Origin: a virus
Reading direction: 5' to 3' (one strand)
Length of the DNA stretch: 64,000 bases
IMG/VR virus record: IMGVR_UViG_3300025684_000012
The position numbers and the translations under genes are program-made. Shown here piece after piece: positions 10,104 to 21,261 of the stretch. Positions within the stretch are counted from its first letter, which is position 1. Each line of letters begins with the position of its first letter. The notes below the pieces were generated by a model, which worked only from the letters and a program-made list of their open reading frames with translations, searched no databases and was not told the origin of the DNA.

Positions 10104-10479
10104 ATATCACCTTTTCATCATACGTACCCAGTAACATACGTTGCAGCTCTGTTGTAGAGCCAACGAATAAATTATTGTTGGTAGTGGTAGAGTCTTTAGG
10201 TGTATCTGATTTCTGCAGATCTTTATATTTCTTATTCAAATCAATTAAAGAGCCATTGACGTCCGCAATACCCTTGATCATATTAGATAAGACTTCAAAC
10301 GCTCTTGGGTGCTCACTTTCGCGGGCAACCTCAATCATTAGCTCTAGCGACTCACGACCCTTCTCTATAAGATCGTAATACGTTTCCCGCGAATACTCAT
10401 AATCCTGTTCGTGGACAAAGTTACGCTTTTCTTCTTCATTGAATTGAACTAATTGCTTATTACTCGAATCGCTCATCAT
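10084..10479 (-). CDS. gp16: Terminase small subunit
   Basis: DYEYSRETYYDLIEKG, ESEHPRAFEV and NNNLFVGSTTELQRML. Confidence 0.93.
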   Translation of the reverse strand: MMSDSSNKQLVQFNEEEKRNFVHEQDYEYSRETYYDLIEKGRESLELMIEVARESEHPRAFEVLSNMIKGIADVNGSLIDLNKKYKDLQKSDTPKDSTTTNNNLFVGSTTELQRMLLGTYDEKVIYADSDK

Positions 10480-11230
10480 TATACTCTATATTAAACCCAT
10501 AATCACTATCGGGGCTGACCTGTATTGGGTCAGGTGTAATATTTATGTTGTGTATAAAATCATCATTATTCAAATGATTAACAAACATATTCAGGTTAAC
10601 TTCACGAATTATAGATCCAGTTGCACGCTCAGGCCCATAGAACATCATCTTCATATCAAAGTTGAGAGTGTATATTATTGTACGTCTTTGGTCTAAAGGA
10701 CCCTCGTAGTCATCCTGAAAATCCAACCCATTAAGAGTAATTGGAACATCTTCGACGAATTCTGGACGATTGGCAAACGGTCTGACTGACAGTGTGTACT
10801 GTGGAGTAAAGTATGGAACAATCTGCTCTACTATCTGTAATGCGTCATCTTGGGTTTTGGCGTATACACTCAGCTGAAATGTCAGAACATAAGGAGTACC
10901 CACATAGGTGGTCGTTCCGCCATTATCCCCAGGTAATTTAAACTTGTTGGTTTTAGGAAGTTGGCGTTGAGGATCGTATACCACTGAGATGATCTCGAAA
11001 GACATTCTCGGTAGTTTAATAGCAACGCGACGTTCTGCCTCTTCACCTTTGGCCATCTCCTCCAAACGTTCGAGGAAGTTACGCTTCGGGGCATAAGATA
11101 AAGGAACTTTTACTTGATTAAGCGTTGACCCGTCCGCACGTTCTCGTATAATATGAAGGTCATCGAAGAGTGATCCGAATACAGACACACAAGTTCTAAC
11201 GTGCTTGTTATAAAAATGCCCACCCATCAT
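10460..11230 (-). CDS. gp15: Tail terminator / sheath stabilizer
   Basis: VPLSYAPK, LPRMSFEI, DDALQIVEQIVPYFTP and RRTIIYTLNF. Confidence 0.95.
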   Translation of the reverse strand: MMGGHFYNKHVRTCVSVFGSLFDDLHIIRERADGSTLNQVKVPLSYAPKRNFLERLEEMAKGEEAERRVAIKLPRMSFEIISVVYDPQRQLPKTNKFKLPGDNGGTTTYVGTPYVLTFQLSVYAKTQDDALQIVEQIVPYFTPQYTLSVRPFANRPEFVEDVPITLNGLDFQDDYEGPLDQRRTIIYTLNFDMKMMFYGPERATGSIIREVNLNMFVNHLNNDDFIHNINITPDPIQVSPDSDYGFNIEYNDERFE

Positions 11231-12114
11231 TATCGTATATCTCCGAATGGATTAGATTCACTGAAGTCCACAAAGTCGTTCGCGAAATCATCAAATATCT
11301 TATTCTGTGAAAGTGGTTGAATTTCATTCACGTTATCTTGTACGTCAGTTGGGGTAAATCTAGCCCCACTCTCTGATACAATTTCCCGATCGGTATTCCA
11401 TATATGATATTCACCATCATCTGTACCAGTATGTGCAATCGATAGGACACGAGTCTCACTATTCCAAGCCGTGACCTCACCCTCAATTTCAAAGTTGTCG
11501 AATGTCTGATATACGTACTCACCGGTTTTATAGAATCCGCCTTGAGCGGAGTCAGGTTCAGCCATCGTAATATGATACTGAAACGCGTGTTCGCGCTCGA
11601 CAACATCAATTGCGTCGATGCCAGTATCGAAGTCCTCATCAGAGAATTCGAACAATTCACATTGCATACGGAATAGAGGTAATTTGCTCAGTTGATAAAA
11701 TGGCGTTTCCGTATCGACAGACTTAACCTCGAAAAGAGACTGGGACAGTGGTAAGAATATTAGGTCACCCTCACGAGGTCTAAATTGCTTATCAGTTAAG
11801 CGGTCCCCGATCATTTGTTGCCATCTACGCCTCGCTATCATAAACGTTGCTTGATCTCGCAACTCGACGCCAAATTTTGTGAATAGATCGCCGTCACCGT
11901 CGAAGCTATCAGTATTTTCTAAATACATCTCAACTTTATATGCGTCTGAAAACTGGGACTCAATAGCATCTAAAAATATATCTTCACGCTCATGAACTTC
12001 GCGCGGCAAATAATAAACGTCCTGGCCATACATCTGTATAGCTTCTACTATTAGGTCTTCGTATAGAGTCTGTTCGCTTTTGACCTTTTGACTCATGTAT
12101 GGGTTAATAGCCAT
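11230..12114 (-). CDS. gp14: Neck protein
   Basis: YGQDVYYLPR, RPREGDLIFLP, PFYQL and C-terminal DFSESNPFG. Confidence 0.95.
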   Translation of the reverse strand: MAINPYMSQKVKSEQTLYEDLIVEAIQMYGQDVYYLPREVHEREDIFLDAIESQFSDAYKVEMYLENTDSFDGDGDLFTKFGVELRDQATFMIARRRWQQMIGDRLTDKQFRPREGDLIFLPLSQSLFEVKSVDTETPFYQLSKLPLFRMQCELFEFSDEDFDTGIDAIDVVEREHAFQYHITMAEPDSAQGGFYKTGEYVYQTFDNFEIEGEVTAWNSETRVLSIAHTGTDDGEYHIWNTDREIVSESGARFTPTDVQDNVNEIQPLSQNKIFDDFANDFVDFSESNPFGDIR

Positions 12115-12120
12115 TATACA

Positions 12121-12888
12121 TTACCCCATGAAGAAAGATGGACCTTCATCCTCTTCTTCTCTAAATTTTTCCATAATCTTTTCGATGTCCTGTAGAGCAT
12201 CTTCGTATATCTGGCGAGCATTAACCGTCACGCCACCTGGGAGGGTCATGCCATCAAATTTTATTAAGTTCAACCCCCATTGTCGTTTGACTAACGCTGT
12301 AGCATACGACTTAACGAATTTGTGATTATAAAGTGAATTGTACGCTAGCACAGCATCGTCAGGATAACGAATGCCATATACTTCAAACACCACATAATCT
12401 CCAGCAGTAAGTGATGATTTGGATATGTGCATGTTTATACGATTGTATTGGCGGTCGAATGTGATTTGGGGTTGTCCGACGAGCTTCATATCTAACAACT
12501 CTAGCTGCTGTTTCATTTGATCGTAATGAGCTAGATCGCCTATAATACCACCACCCCGAGTAAAGTCCATTACAGTATATTTCATATGCTGCCACGCATC
12601 TGAGAACCAACCAGCGTTAGACAAGCTAGCGGTAACCGGAAGCATACGCACAACAGAGGACAAATCTAGATCCGGAAATTCAATAAACTGGTTGTCAATA
12701 TCTTGCTGAGTAAGCTGGTGCTTTAGATAATACCGTCGTTGTCCATCTGGGTGATGTTCGCGAAACCATTGTAGGGCTTCATCCATACGATCATCCAGCT
12801 GTTCATCGTCGATGTTAATTTCAACTACAGGATAGCCTAATGCCCTCAGGCAGTAGTCCATCAAGTCTTCTCGGCTAGTTACATACAT
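12121..12888 (-). CDS. gp13: Neck protein
   Basis: YCLRALGYPVVEINIDDEQ and KRQWGLNLIKFDGMTLPGGVTVN. Confidence 0.95.
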   Translation of the reverse strand: MYVTSREDLMDYCLRALGYPVVEINIDDEQLDDRMDEALQWFREHHPDGQRRYYLKHQLTQQDIDNQFIEFPDLDLSSVVRMLPVTASLSNAGWFSDAWQHMKYTVMDFTRGGGIIGDLAHYDQMKQQLELLDMKLVGQPQITFDRQYNRINMHISKSSLTAGDYVVFEVYGIRYPDDAVLAYNSLYNHKFVKSYATALVKRQWGLNLIKFDGMTLPGGVTVNARQIYEDALQDIEKIMEKFREEEDEGPSFFMG

Positions 12889-12917
12889 TTTTAATATTCC
12901 CAGTTAAGCATATCTTG

Positions 12918-12925
12918 TATTTATA
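12918..12925 (-). promoter_or_regulatory. Late promoter TATAAATA
   Basis: Exact consensus upstream of gp13. Confidence 0.8.
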
Positions 12926-12945
12926 CATTTTATTACTAGTATAAT

Positions 12946-12968
12946 AAAAAAGGGGGCCGAAGCCCCCT
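12946..12968 (-). terminator. Intrinsic terminator with cUUCGg tetraloop
   Basis: Minus strand AGGGGGC-TTCG-GCCCCCT followed by a T tract. Confidence 0.9.
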
Positions 12969-12989
12969 CTCGTGTTACAACACTATGGT

Positions 12990-15275
12990 TTAGTTAACTA
13001 GAGTACCATCTACACGGTAGACGTTGATACGGTAATAAGCTGGGTCGTTTCCGCCCAAGTTATCAGCATCATGAGTGATCAACTGAGAGCGAACCTCAGT
13101 CTCATCAATCGCGATAACACCAGTTACTGGATCAAAAGTGATACACAAGCCACCAACTAAGTCGCCTTTAATCTGGCCTGGGAGATCAATGATATCTTGC
13201 TGAGCTTGAGTCATTGAAGATTCAAGTGTAGTGATGCGACCATTGTGAGATACCAAAGTACCTTCAGCAGTAGTCAATCTACCACCAGCATTAATAGCCT
13301 GTAGAGCAGTTACATCTGTTTCCAGAGTGCTAATGTCTGCTGCATTGCTATTAATCAGTCCAACCAAAGTGCCATCAACCGACTGGAATTCAGCAACGAT
13401 TTCTGACAATGAGTTGAGAGCAGTTTGATCTGTGTTAGACAAGATATTGGTTATTTGAGACTGTAAACCAGCTTCAACGCCAGTAGCGCGTGCAGTTTCA
13501 GAATCAATCTTAGCATCCAAACCAGTGTCGGCTGCAACCCACTCAAGGCGATCTGAATCCAAGCGGCCTTCGACAACATCCATCTCATTTTCGAGAGTCG
13601 ATACGCGACCACCCAATGCTGCGTCAGATCCGATCCACTCAAGGCGATCTGAATCTAAGCGACCAGACAACCCACTCAAGTCTGCATCGTGTCCGTCTAA
13701 GCGGCTATCTTGCTGTGCGTCTTTAGTATTGATATTGCCGATTTCACTAATGCGCGAAACCATACCAGACTCAAGTACACCAACTTTGCTCTCTGCTGTG
13801 GACAGACGTGAGCTGTTTGAAGTGATGACGTCAGAAAGATCTGAATCTACACCCTCAAAAGCTGCAACGATTTCTTGCAGGGTGTTCAGCGTCTCAGGCG
13901 AGGTGCCTAGGATAGCTTCTACCTTACCATCGACTACAGCGATAGCGGATTGTACAACAGCATCTCCAGCAATACGAGCAGCTTGTTCAGCATCGACCGC
14001 AGATTGTACAGCAGCATCTCCGGCAATACGACTAGCTTGTTCAGCATCGACCGCAGATTGTACAGCAGCATCTCCAGCAATACGAGCAGCTTGCTCAGCA
14101 GAATCAGCATCCTGTAGAGCACCTTCGATTGGACCAACGATAGCATTTACACGTTCGTCAGTGAAGTACTTGTTAGAACCTTCAGCCAGATCGCTAGTTG
14201 AGAGAGCTACTTTAGTCCAAACAGAACCATCATACACTTCCCAATAGTTGAGGGCTTCATTCCAACGCATTTGAGCAGCCGATTCATCGCCCCGCATAAC
14301 GCGGATACCAGCATTTTCTGTTGGAGTACCTGTAACTACGTCACTGTTCAAGTCGATAATATTATCTGCGATAGACAGCGTCTGAGAGTTAACAGTAGTT
14401 GTTGTGCCCTGAACTGTCAAGTCACCCTGTACAGTTACTGAGCCGCCAAACTCCTTATTCCCAACGTGCGTACCTGAGATTTTGTTATCAACGTAATCTC
14501 TGTTAACCGCATCTGTACCAGTAGTTGGTGCAGCGATGTCACATAGATTATTACCAGAGAGGTTTACATCACCACCAAATACAGTAGCAGCCCCGCCACT
14601 AGTAGTGATTGTCTTACCTGGAAGCATAACTACATCAGACTTAAAGTCGATAGTTGCTTCACCAGCATTGAAATCGATAGAACCACCAGCTGTTACGCCG
14701 AAAGCCAAGTTTTGGCCTGGATCAGCGTACATTGTGATTGTACCGGAGTTATCTTCTAGAATCTTGGTGCCGTTGATATACAACGAGCCTGGACCGATGT
14801 ATACATCGCGCCAAACTTTATCGGGGGAACCTAAGCTGTAAATGTTGTCCACTGCAGGTACTAAATCTTGACCGATAGATGAACCATCGATCGATACAGT
14901 ACCACCGGAAACAGAAACACCATCTCCGCCAGTCAAGTTAACTGAGAATTCACCCGTAACTCCATTGTAAGACATACCTTCGCCAGCCTGAACAGCATCA
15001 CGCGCACGTTGGGGCGTGAAGTACTGGTTAGAGCCTTCAGGGATATCGGTAGTGGAGAACGAAGAAATATCAGTAACAGTTTCAGCCGAGAGGGCCGAGA
15101 ACGCAGTAATATTCAACGCGTTGATGTATGGGGCATCAACTATCGATTGAACAGCAGGTTCTACCGAAGCAGCAGCAACAAGACCATCCGAGCCAATAAC
15201 GGTAACGTTACCGATGGATAATTCACCTTCGATATTCGCACCATTCTGGATTCTAAATTTTTTATTAGTTGCCAT
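12990..15275 (-). CDS. Fibre / whisker-like structural protein (beta-rich N-terminus, coiled-coil shaft)
   Basis: 761 aa with EGSN.YFT..R modules, an SPETLNTLQEI module and heptad repeats; occupies the fibritin position next to gp13. Confidence 0.65.
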   Translation of the reverse strand: MATNKKFRIQNGANIEGELSIGNVTVIGSDGLVAAASVEPAVQSIVDAPYINALNITAFSALSAETVTDISSFSTTDIPEGSNQYFTPQRARDAVQAGEGMSYNGVTGEFSVNLTGGDGVSVSGGTVSIDGSSIGQDLVPAVDNIYSLGSPDKVWRDVYIGPGSLYINGTKILEDNSGTITMYADPGQNLAFGVTAGGSIDFNAGEATIDFKSDVVMLPGKTITTSGGAATVFGGDVNLSGNNLCDIAAPTTGTDAVNRDYVDNKISGTHVGNKEFGGSVTVQGDLTVQGTTTTVNSQTLSIADNIIDLNSDVVTGTPTENAGIRVMRGDESAAQMRWNEALNYWEVYDGSVWTKVALSTSDLAEGSNKYFTDERVNAIVGPIEGALQDADSAEQAARIAGDAAVQSAVDAEQASRIAGDAAVQSAVDAEQAARIAGDAVVQSAIAVVDGKVEAILGTSPETLNTLQEIVAAFEGVDSDLSDVITSNSSRLSTAESKVGVLESGMVSRISEIGNINTKDAQQDSRLDGHDADLSGLSGRLDSDRLEWIGSDAALGGRVSTLENEMDVVEGRLDSDRLEWVAADTGLDAKIDSETARATGVEAGLQSQITNILSNTDQTALNSLSEIVAEFQSVDGTLVGLINSNAADISTLETDVTALQAINAGGRLTTAEGTLVSHNGRITTLESSMTQAQQDIIDLPGQIKGDLVGGLCITFDPVTGVIAIDETEVRSQLITHDADNLGGNDPAYYRINVYRVDGTLVN
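13946..14100 (-). repeat. About 3 tandem 54-bp coding repeats (RIAGDAAVQSAVDAEQAA)
   Basis: Near-identical at both DNA and protein level. Confidence 0.85.
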
Positions 15276-15326
15276 GTTTTCTTTACCTTTATTTTTTAAA
15301 GTTTATAATAGGATTATTTATTATAT

Positions 15327-15352
15327 AAAAGGTGGGGGTTTGACCCCCACCT
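15327..15352 (-). terminator. Intrinsic terminator
   Basis: Minus strand AGGTGGGGGT-CAA-ACCCCCACCT followed by T residues. Confidence 0.8.
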
Positions 15353-15365
15353 AGATTATAATCTA

Positions 15366-18300
15366 TTATACGTCAACGTATGTGGCTGAAGCAGTCACTA
15401 CCGCACCCGAAGATACAGCTGTGTACGTTAATTCTACAACCCCATTCACCACTCGAACATCAGTGTCACCAAGTACATCATTGCCTGTAAATATAATCGC
15501 GTATTCAGTGATAAACGCGTCAGTACCGTTATGTACAACTAAACATTCACGAGTTTCGAATTCACCGTTCAACTCAACCGATACGATGTATTTCGCGGAT
15601 CGGTATACGCTCATTGGGAATGATGAAACTGTAGTAGGTGAAGTCCCAACGATAGCGTCAGAACCTTGCTGGAACACTTTGACGTTTGAAGCTAGTGTTT
15701 CCAGTGTTACTGAGCCCGGATCAAGTACACCAACCGAAGTTGACGATGTTGCAACCAATACTGCTTGAGTACCGACTGGCATCGCTCCATTGAATGTAAT
15801 TGTACTGTTTTCCGTATCGATGAAGTAGTGTACTGATGGATCCTGAATAACACCACCAACGAATACCATAGCATTCTGTTCTGTAACTTCAAAGTTAACA
15901 GCAAACGTTGTTTGAGCACCGTCGCCACTAAATACTTGACGCTTAGAACGTGAGAATGATAGTAAGTCTGGTGATACTAACTCGAAGCCAGTTCCGTCTG
16001 TCTTAGCACGTAACACGAAGCCTTCTTTATCTGTGATCGCAGAATCAACTACGTCAGTCAACTCAAGAAGTGACTTAGCAGTATCTACAGAGATTACACC
16101 ACCAGTCTTAGATACTTTTCCTTCACCTGATACATCTGTGACTGAGATAGCATCTTGTGCACGAACATCTGTGAAGTACAGGTTTGTGCCAAGTGGATCT
16201 TCCGCAAGGTCGCTAGTATCGAACTGTGAGATATGCTGTGCAGCAAGACCCGCGTCCAATTGACCTTTGTTAACCGCATCTGCAGCATCTGTACCGTTAG
16301 CGACACCAGAAACTTTGTTTCCGCCCATCGCCAATTCGCCTGTCATGCTGTCGCCAGACTTGCTAACTTTACCGGCAAGAGCTGTATTAACAGAAGTGCT
16401 CAAGTTGTCGATATTAGTTTGCAGTGAAGCGTCGCCAGAAGCACGTGCAGTCAATTCTGCAGCAAGACCTGAAGCGTTAGTTGCAATATCAGTTTGGTTC
16501 TGAGATACTAGACCAGTAAGAGTACCGTCAGCAGCCTGGAAGGCAGCTACGATTTCTGTTAATGAATCCAGAGCAGCAGAATCCGTGTTGGCTTTAATAA
16601 AGTCGATCTGAACCTGCAACGCATCGTCAGCAGCTGAACGAGCAACCGCTTCAGCAACAATTGCGTCAGCATTACCTTGGATCAAGCCAGCTTGTGTAGC
16701 CTCGACGCCTGTTGCACGAGCAACTTCAGCAGCCAAAGAAGCATTCAATGCAGAATCGCCAGCAGCACGTGCCAATTCTTCAGCATCAATTTCAGATTGT
16801 AGACCAGACTCGATACCTTGAGCACGTGATACTTCAGCTGCAATTGCTGCGTCAAGTTTAGCGTCAGCATTTTTCAATGAAGTAGCTAGATCTAAGTAGT
16901 TAGATCCACTTGGAGCAACGTACGATCCATCAGTAGCAAGACCAGCACCCAACTGAGTAGCAGTCATTTCTGTTTCTAGAGCGGTAGCACGGTTAGACAA
17001 TGCAGCGTCAGCAGAAACACGAGCGCTTTCTTCGTTAGTGATTGCTGTTTGTAGTACTGTATCAGCGTTCTCACGAGCAACCGCTTCGTCAGCAACGATG
17101 TCGTCAGCGTATACTTTCGCACTCGCTTCAGCAGCGTTTGCTTTAGAAGTAGCATCTGCAGCAGCTTCTGACTTGACAACAGCATCCGCAGCAATATATG
17201 CGGCAGTGACTACATCATCAGCAGCAGCAAATTCAGAGCGGATAGCAGCTTCTTGGCCTTCGGCACGTGACGTCTCAGCTGTAATTGCTGAAGTGTTGCT
17301 AGAAATACTAGACTCGTTAGCAGTTACGCGAACTTCGATTGCGTCAACTTCGCCGTGTACTTCATTAACAGCACCGACAATGGTCTGAGCAGTTGTGTCG
17401 AATACACCAGTACCAACTTTTGACTCCAATGAATCAATGTCAGACTCAGCAGTAGTCAATCGGATATCAAGACCAGCGATGTCTGAATCGTGGCCGTCGG
17501 CACGTCCTTCAAGAGAAGTAGCACGACCTTCTACAGCATCCATTTCGGATTCTAATGTGGATACTTTACCAGCTTCTACATTTAGTTCACCGTGGATTTC
17601 GTTGATTGCAGCAGACAGATCAGTAGCAGTTGTTCCGAGAGTAGCAGAACCAACTTTAACTTGTAGAGCGTCAACGTTACCTTCTTCAACAGACATACGT
17701 CCTTCAAGAGAAGTAGCACGACCTTCTACGGCATCCATTTCTGATTCTAAAGTAGCGACCTTACCTTCAACGACAACCATTTCTGATTGTAGTGTATCAA
17801 CGTGGCCAGCTTCAACATCCAACTCACCGTGGATTTCGTTGATTGCGCCTGCAAGCGAAGTTGCAGTTGTATTTAATGTACCAGTACCAACTTTAGTCTC
17901 TAATGAGTCGATGTCAGCTTCGTTAACTGTCAGACGGCTGCCTTGAGCAGACTGTTCAGTTTCTAGAGAAGTAGCACGACCTTCTAGAGAAGTAGCACGA
18001 GTTTCTAGGTCAGTAGCGCGTAGTTCTACAGCGTCAATGTCCGCTTCGTTAACTGTCAGACGGCCAGAGTTAGCAGAGATGATTGCTTGGATGTCTGAGT
18101 CAGCATCTTCGAATGCAGAGACGATTTCTTGTAGTGTATCAAGAGTTTCTGGAGAAGTACCGATGATTGCATCAACGCGACCAGTTACCAAGTCAACGTC
18201 AGTACGCAAACCAGCTTCAACACCAGTAGCACGAGTTACTTCAGCAGAGATTGCCTGTGTATTAGCAAGTTCAGCTGCTTGTGCGCGAGCGATTTCAGAT

Positions 18301-20804
18301 GATAGATCAGAATCAAGACCTGCGATATCAGCAGCGTTTGCGTCAACATCAGTGCGTAATGCAGCATCGCCATCGATTCGTGATTGTACTTCACTTGCTA
18401 GGTTAGCAGTTAGGACACCTTCAGCAGCAGTGGCGCGTGTTACTTCGTCAGATAAATCTGATGCGATTTGACCTTCAGCAGCAGTGGCGCGTGTTACTTC
18501 AGCAGAGATTGCCGCAGCATTGTCGCCGATGTCTGAAGCGTTTTGATCAACGTCGGTGCGTAATGCAGCATCGCCGGCGATACGGGCAGCTTCTTCTGTA
18601 TCAATGTTACCCTGCAACACCACATCGGCAGCAGCACGTGTGCTGGCTTCTGTTGTGATAGCAGTAGCATTTGCAGCCTCGGCCGCTTTAGCGCGAGTTA
18701 CTTCGTTATTGATTGCAGTTGCGTTAGCAGCAGCTGATACTGTATTAGCATCAACATCTGTTCGCAAGCCAGCTTCAACACCAGTAGCACGAGTTACTTC
18801 GTTAGAGATTGCAGTTGCGTTAGCTGTGTCAGCTGCGATTCGAGCAGTTTCTTCAGCGTCGATTTGGTTTTGTAAATTAAGATCACCAGCAACACGAGAG
18901 TTGGTCTCGGTTACGATGTCAGCAGCTAATCCAGCATCACCAGCAAGACGAGCAGTTTGCTCTACTACGATGTCGGCAGCATTGGCTTCGATATCGGTCT
19001 CAGCTGTATCCATACGACCTTCAAGATTGGTCGCACGAAGTGATAATGCATCATCAGCAGCTAAACGAGTAGCGGCTTCAGCAGCAACTTGTTGATCTGT
19101 GTAAGTGTTTGCAGCTTGTTGGGCAGTCAGGATACGAGCGGAAACAGTGTTTCCAGCAGTACCGTTTACAGATGCGTCGCCAATAAGAGCAGTATCTTGT
19201 GCATCCGCATGGGCAATTGCATCAGCTTCTGCTTGATCAGCTTTAGCGGTTGCATCCGCAGCAGCGGCAGCCTGTACAACAACGTCACGTTCGATATAAT
19301 CGAGTTCGATTGCATCGATTTGATTTTGCAAGCTGGTGTCAGCAGCAGCACGAGTCCCAGCTTCTGTAGTAATCTTGCCATCCAATACTGTGTCAGCAGA
19401 AGCACGAGCGGATGCTTCGTTGCTAATAGCTACAGTGTTAGAGTTAACAAGTGCTTGGATTTCTCCATCAACTTTCTGGAATTCGGCAACGATTTCAGTT
19501 AACGAATCTAAAGCGGCAGAATCAGTGTTGGAGATAACGTTGTCCAACTTAGCTTCGATTCGTTGCTCTTCGCCAATAGCGCGAGCCGCTTCAGCTGAGA
19601 TATCGTTAGATAATAACGTATCTGCTGCAGCACGGGCACTTGCTTCTGTGGTGATGGCTGTAGCGTTAACACCTTCAGCAGCAGTCGCACGAGCAACTTC
19701 AGCAACGATTGCATCAGCGTTTGCTTGGATAGAAACGTCTTGATCGGAATCTTTAGCAATTCCAGCAGCCTCAATAACATCGGCGTATGCTTTAGCAGAA
19801 ACCAAAGTGGCAGCATCGCCAGCTTGGAAGGCTGCAGTCAAGTCCGTACGAACTGACGTATCTGCAGCTATGCGAGCACTGATTTCGTCTTGAAGGTTCG
19901 ATGCGTTAGCAGCTTCAGCGCCAGTAGCGCGTGTAATTTCATCAGCTAAGTCGCTTTGCAGTGCTGTAATCTCAGAACCAGTCTGTGAAATTTCAGCAGC
20001 AAGTCCAGCTTCTAGTGCGTCGATATCACCTTCAGCGGTCGTCAAGCGAGCGTCTAATGCATTATCACCAGCAATCCGTGCAGCCTGTTCAGCTGTCACA
20101 GCAGCAGTTAGCTGACCTTCGGCTGTTTGAGCACGTGAGGTTTCAGTTGCGATAGCAGTAGCATTAACACCTTCAGCAGCTGTTGCGCGAGCAACTTCAT
20201 TGCTGATTGCGTTAGAGTTAGCGATAACTGAGGCAGACAATATATCATCAGCATCTTGGAACGCTTCAACAATTTCTGCTAGTGAGTTAAGAGCGACTTC
20301 ATCTACGTTAGAGATGATGTTGTCGATGCGCACAGAAAGAGCGCTATCGGCAGCTTGGTATGCAGTTTCAATGCGAGATTCTTCGCCTTGAGCGCGCGAT
20401 ACTTCAGCGGTAATCGCCGTATCTTGTGAATTATCCTTTGCGATACGTGCAGCTTCTTCAGAGTCAATCGCTGCTTGTAGCAACGCCTCTGCGGCAACTG
20501 CGCGGTTAGTCTCAACTGTTACCGCGGCCGCGATATCAGAGGCAACTGCCGCTTGCGCACGCTCAGGTGTGAAGAACTGAGCATCGCCTTCCGCTAAGTC
20601 GTCGGTGTCGAACGATCCAAATAAATCAGCAGTACTGATTTTCTTTAGAGAGTCTGAACCTACGTCATATAATAGCGTAAAGCAATCTGCAGGATTAGCC
20701 ATTCCTGTAAGGGTACCCTGACCCTGTACAACGCTTTCATCAAGTTTTGTGCTGATGACTGCTTTGTTGGCTAGTGCAGGTGATTTAATCTGTCTAAATG
20801 ACAT
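15366..20804 (-). CDS. Very long Ala-rich coiled-coil fibre protein with C-terminal beta domains
   Basis: 1812 aa with recurring E..RA..AE / E..AR..AD 18-residue units, several LDSLTEIV/LDTLQEIV modules, and C-terminal FSGDGAQTTF and YRSAKYIVSV domains. Confidence 0.75.
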   Translation of the reverse strand: MSFRQIKSPALANKAVISTKLDESVVQGQGTLTGMANPADCFTLLYDVGSDSLKKISTADLFGSFDTDDLAEGDAQFFTPERAQAAVASDIAAAVTVETNRAVAAEALLQAAIDSEEAARIAKDNSQDTAITAEVSRAQGEESRIETAYQAADSALSVRIDNIISNVDEVALNSLAEIVEAFQDADDILSASVIANSNAISNEVARATAAEGVNATAIATETSRAQTAEGQLTAAVTAEQAARIAGDNALDARLTTAEGDIDALEAGLAAEISQTGSEITALQSDLADEITRATGAEAANASNLQDEISARIAADTSVRTDLTAAFQAGDAATLVSAKAYADVIEAAGIAKDSDQDVSIQANADAIVAEVARATAAEGVNATAITTEASARAAADTLLSNDISAEAARAIGEEQRIEAKLDNVISNTDSAALDSLTEIVAEFQKVDGEIQALVNSNTVAISNEASARASADTVLDGKITTEAGTRAAADTSLQNQIDAIELDYIERDVVVQAAAAADATAKADQAEADAIAHADAQDTALIGDASVNGTAGNTVSARILTAQQAANTYTDQQVAAEAATRLAADDALSLRATNLEGRMDTAETDIEANAADIVVEQTARLAGDAGLAADIVTETNSRVAGDLNLQNQIDAEETARIAADTANATAISNEVTRATGVEAGLRTDVDANTVSAAANATAINNEVTRAKAAEAANATAITTEASTRAAADVVLQGNIDTEEAARIAGDAALRTDVDQNASDIGDNAAAISAEVTRATAAEGQIASDLSDEVTRATAAEGVLTANLASEVQSRIDGDAALRTDVDANAADIAGLDSDLSSEIARAQAAELANTQAISAEVTRATGVEAGLRTDVDLVTGRVDAIIGTSPETLDTLQEIVSAFEDADSDIQAIISANSGRLTVNEADIDAVELRATDLETRATSLEGRATSLETEQSAQGSRLTVNEADIDSLETKVGTGTLNTTATSLAGAINEIHGELDVEAGHVDTLQSEMVVVEGKVATLESEMDAVEGRATSLEGRMSVEEGNVDALQVKVGSATLGTTATDLSAAINEIHGELNVEAGKVSTLESEMDAVEGRATSLEGRADGHDSDIAGLDIRLTTAESDIDSLESKVGTGVFDTTAQTIVGAVNEVHGEVDAIEVRVTANESSISSNTSAITAETSRAEGQEAAIRSEFAAADDVVTAAYIAADAVVKSEAAADATSKANAAEASAKVYADDIVADEAVARENADTVLQTAITNEESARVSADAALSNRATALETEMTATQLGAGLATDGSYVAPSGSNYLDLATSLKNADAKLDAAIAAEVSRAQGIESGLQSEIDAEELARAAGDSALNASLAAEVARATGVEATQAGLIQGNADAIVAEAVARSAADDALQVQIDFIKANTDSAALDSLTEIVAAFQAADGTLTGLVSQNQTDIATNASGLAAELTARASGDASLQTNIDNLSTSVNTALAGKVSKSGDSMTGELAMGGNKVSGVANGTDAADAVNKGQLDAGLAAQHISQFDTSDLAEDPLGTNLYFTDVRAQDAISVTDVSGEGKVSKTGGVISVDTAKSLLELTDVVDSAITDKEGFVLRAKTDGTGFELVSPDLLSFSRSKRQVFSGDGAQTTFAVNFEVTEQNAMVFVGGVIQDPSVHYFIDTENSTITFNGAMPVGTQAVLVATSSTSVGVLDPGSVTLETLASNVKVFQQGSDAIVGTSPTTVSSFPMSVYRSAKYIVSVELNGEFETRECLVVHNGTDAFITEYAIIFTGNDVLGDTDVRVVNGVVELTYTAVSSGAVVTASATYVDV

Positions 20805-20855
20805 TTAATGTCTCCTAGGTTAGTTTTGTTGGTAATAAACGTTTATAATAATATA

Positions 20856-21227
20856 CTAACGAAATTTAATGTATATCTCCCAGCCAGAAGCTGGGATTTC
20901 AAAGAACTGAATAGTATTGCCTATGGTTTCATAAGTTTCTTGGGGAAGTTGTAATACGTCATTGACCCAGACATCGATGAGATCATCGCGAACCGGTGTC
21001 CCGTTTAATGAGAACGTAGCAGTATCCCCTGGTGCAATAATATATTGCGCTTCAGGAATCACAGTACGATCATTAGTCGATGATGAGGTACCTTCAATCA
21101 GATCGAAGATTTGCGTCTCAGTGCCATCCCCTTGCTCAATAGTTGTTTGTTTGGACTTAGCCAAATTAAACAAGCTCTCTGCAAGGACACGGTTGAAGGA
21201 TTTGTTATTGATCATATACAGCAACAC
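20856..21227 (-). CDS. Small virion-associated protein
   Basis: GDTATFSL...DVWVNDVLQ beta module resembling those in neighbouring fibres; late promoter upstream. Confidence 0.6.
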   Translation of the reverse strand: MLLYMINNKSFNRVLAESLFNLAKSKQTTIEQGDGTETQIFDLIEGTSSSTNDRTVIPEAQYIIAPGDTATFSLNGTPVRDDLIDVWVNDVLQLPQETYETIGNTIQFFEIPASGWEIYIKFR

Positions 21228-21253
21228 TACCGAGGCTTAGTTATAGGTGTCTG

Positions 21254-21261
21254 TATTTATA
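21254..21261 (-). promoter_or_regulatory. Late promoter TATAAATA
   Basis: Exact consensus in an intergenic gap. Confidence 0.75.

Noticed and set aside
1-12888. Introns, inteins or homing endonucleases in head and terminase genes
   Set aside because: gp17, gp20 and the visible part of gp23 are uninterrupted and of normal length; no LAGLIDADG, GIY-YIG or HNH motifs were seen.
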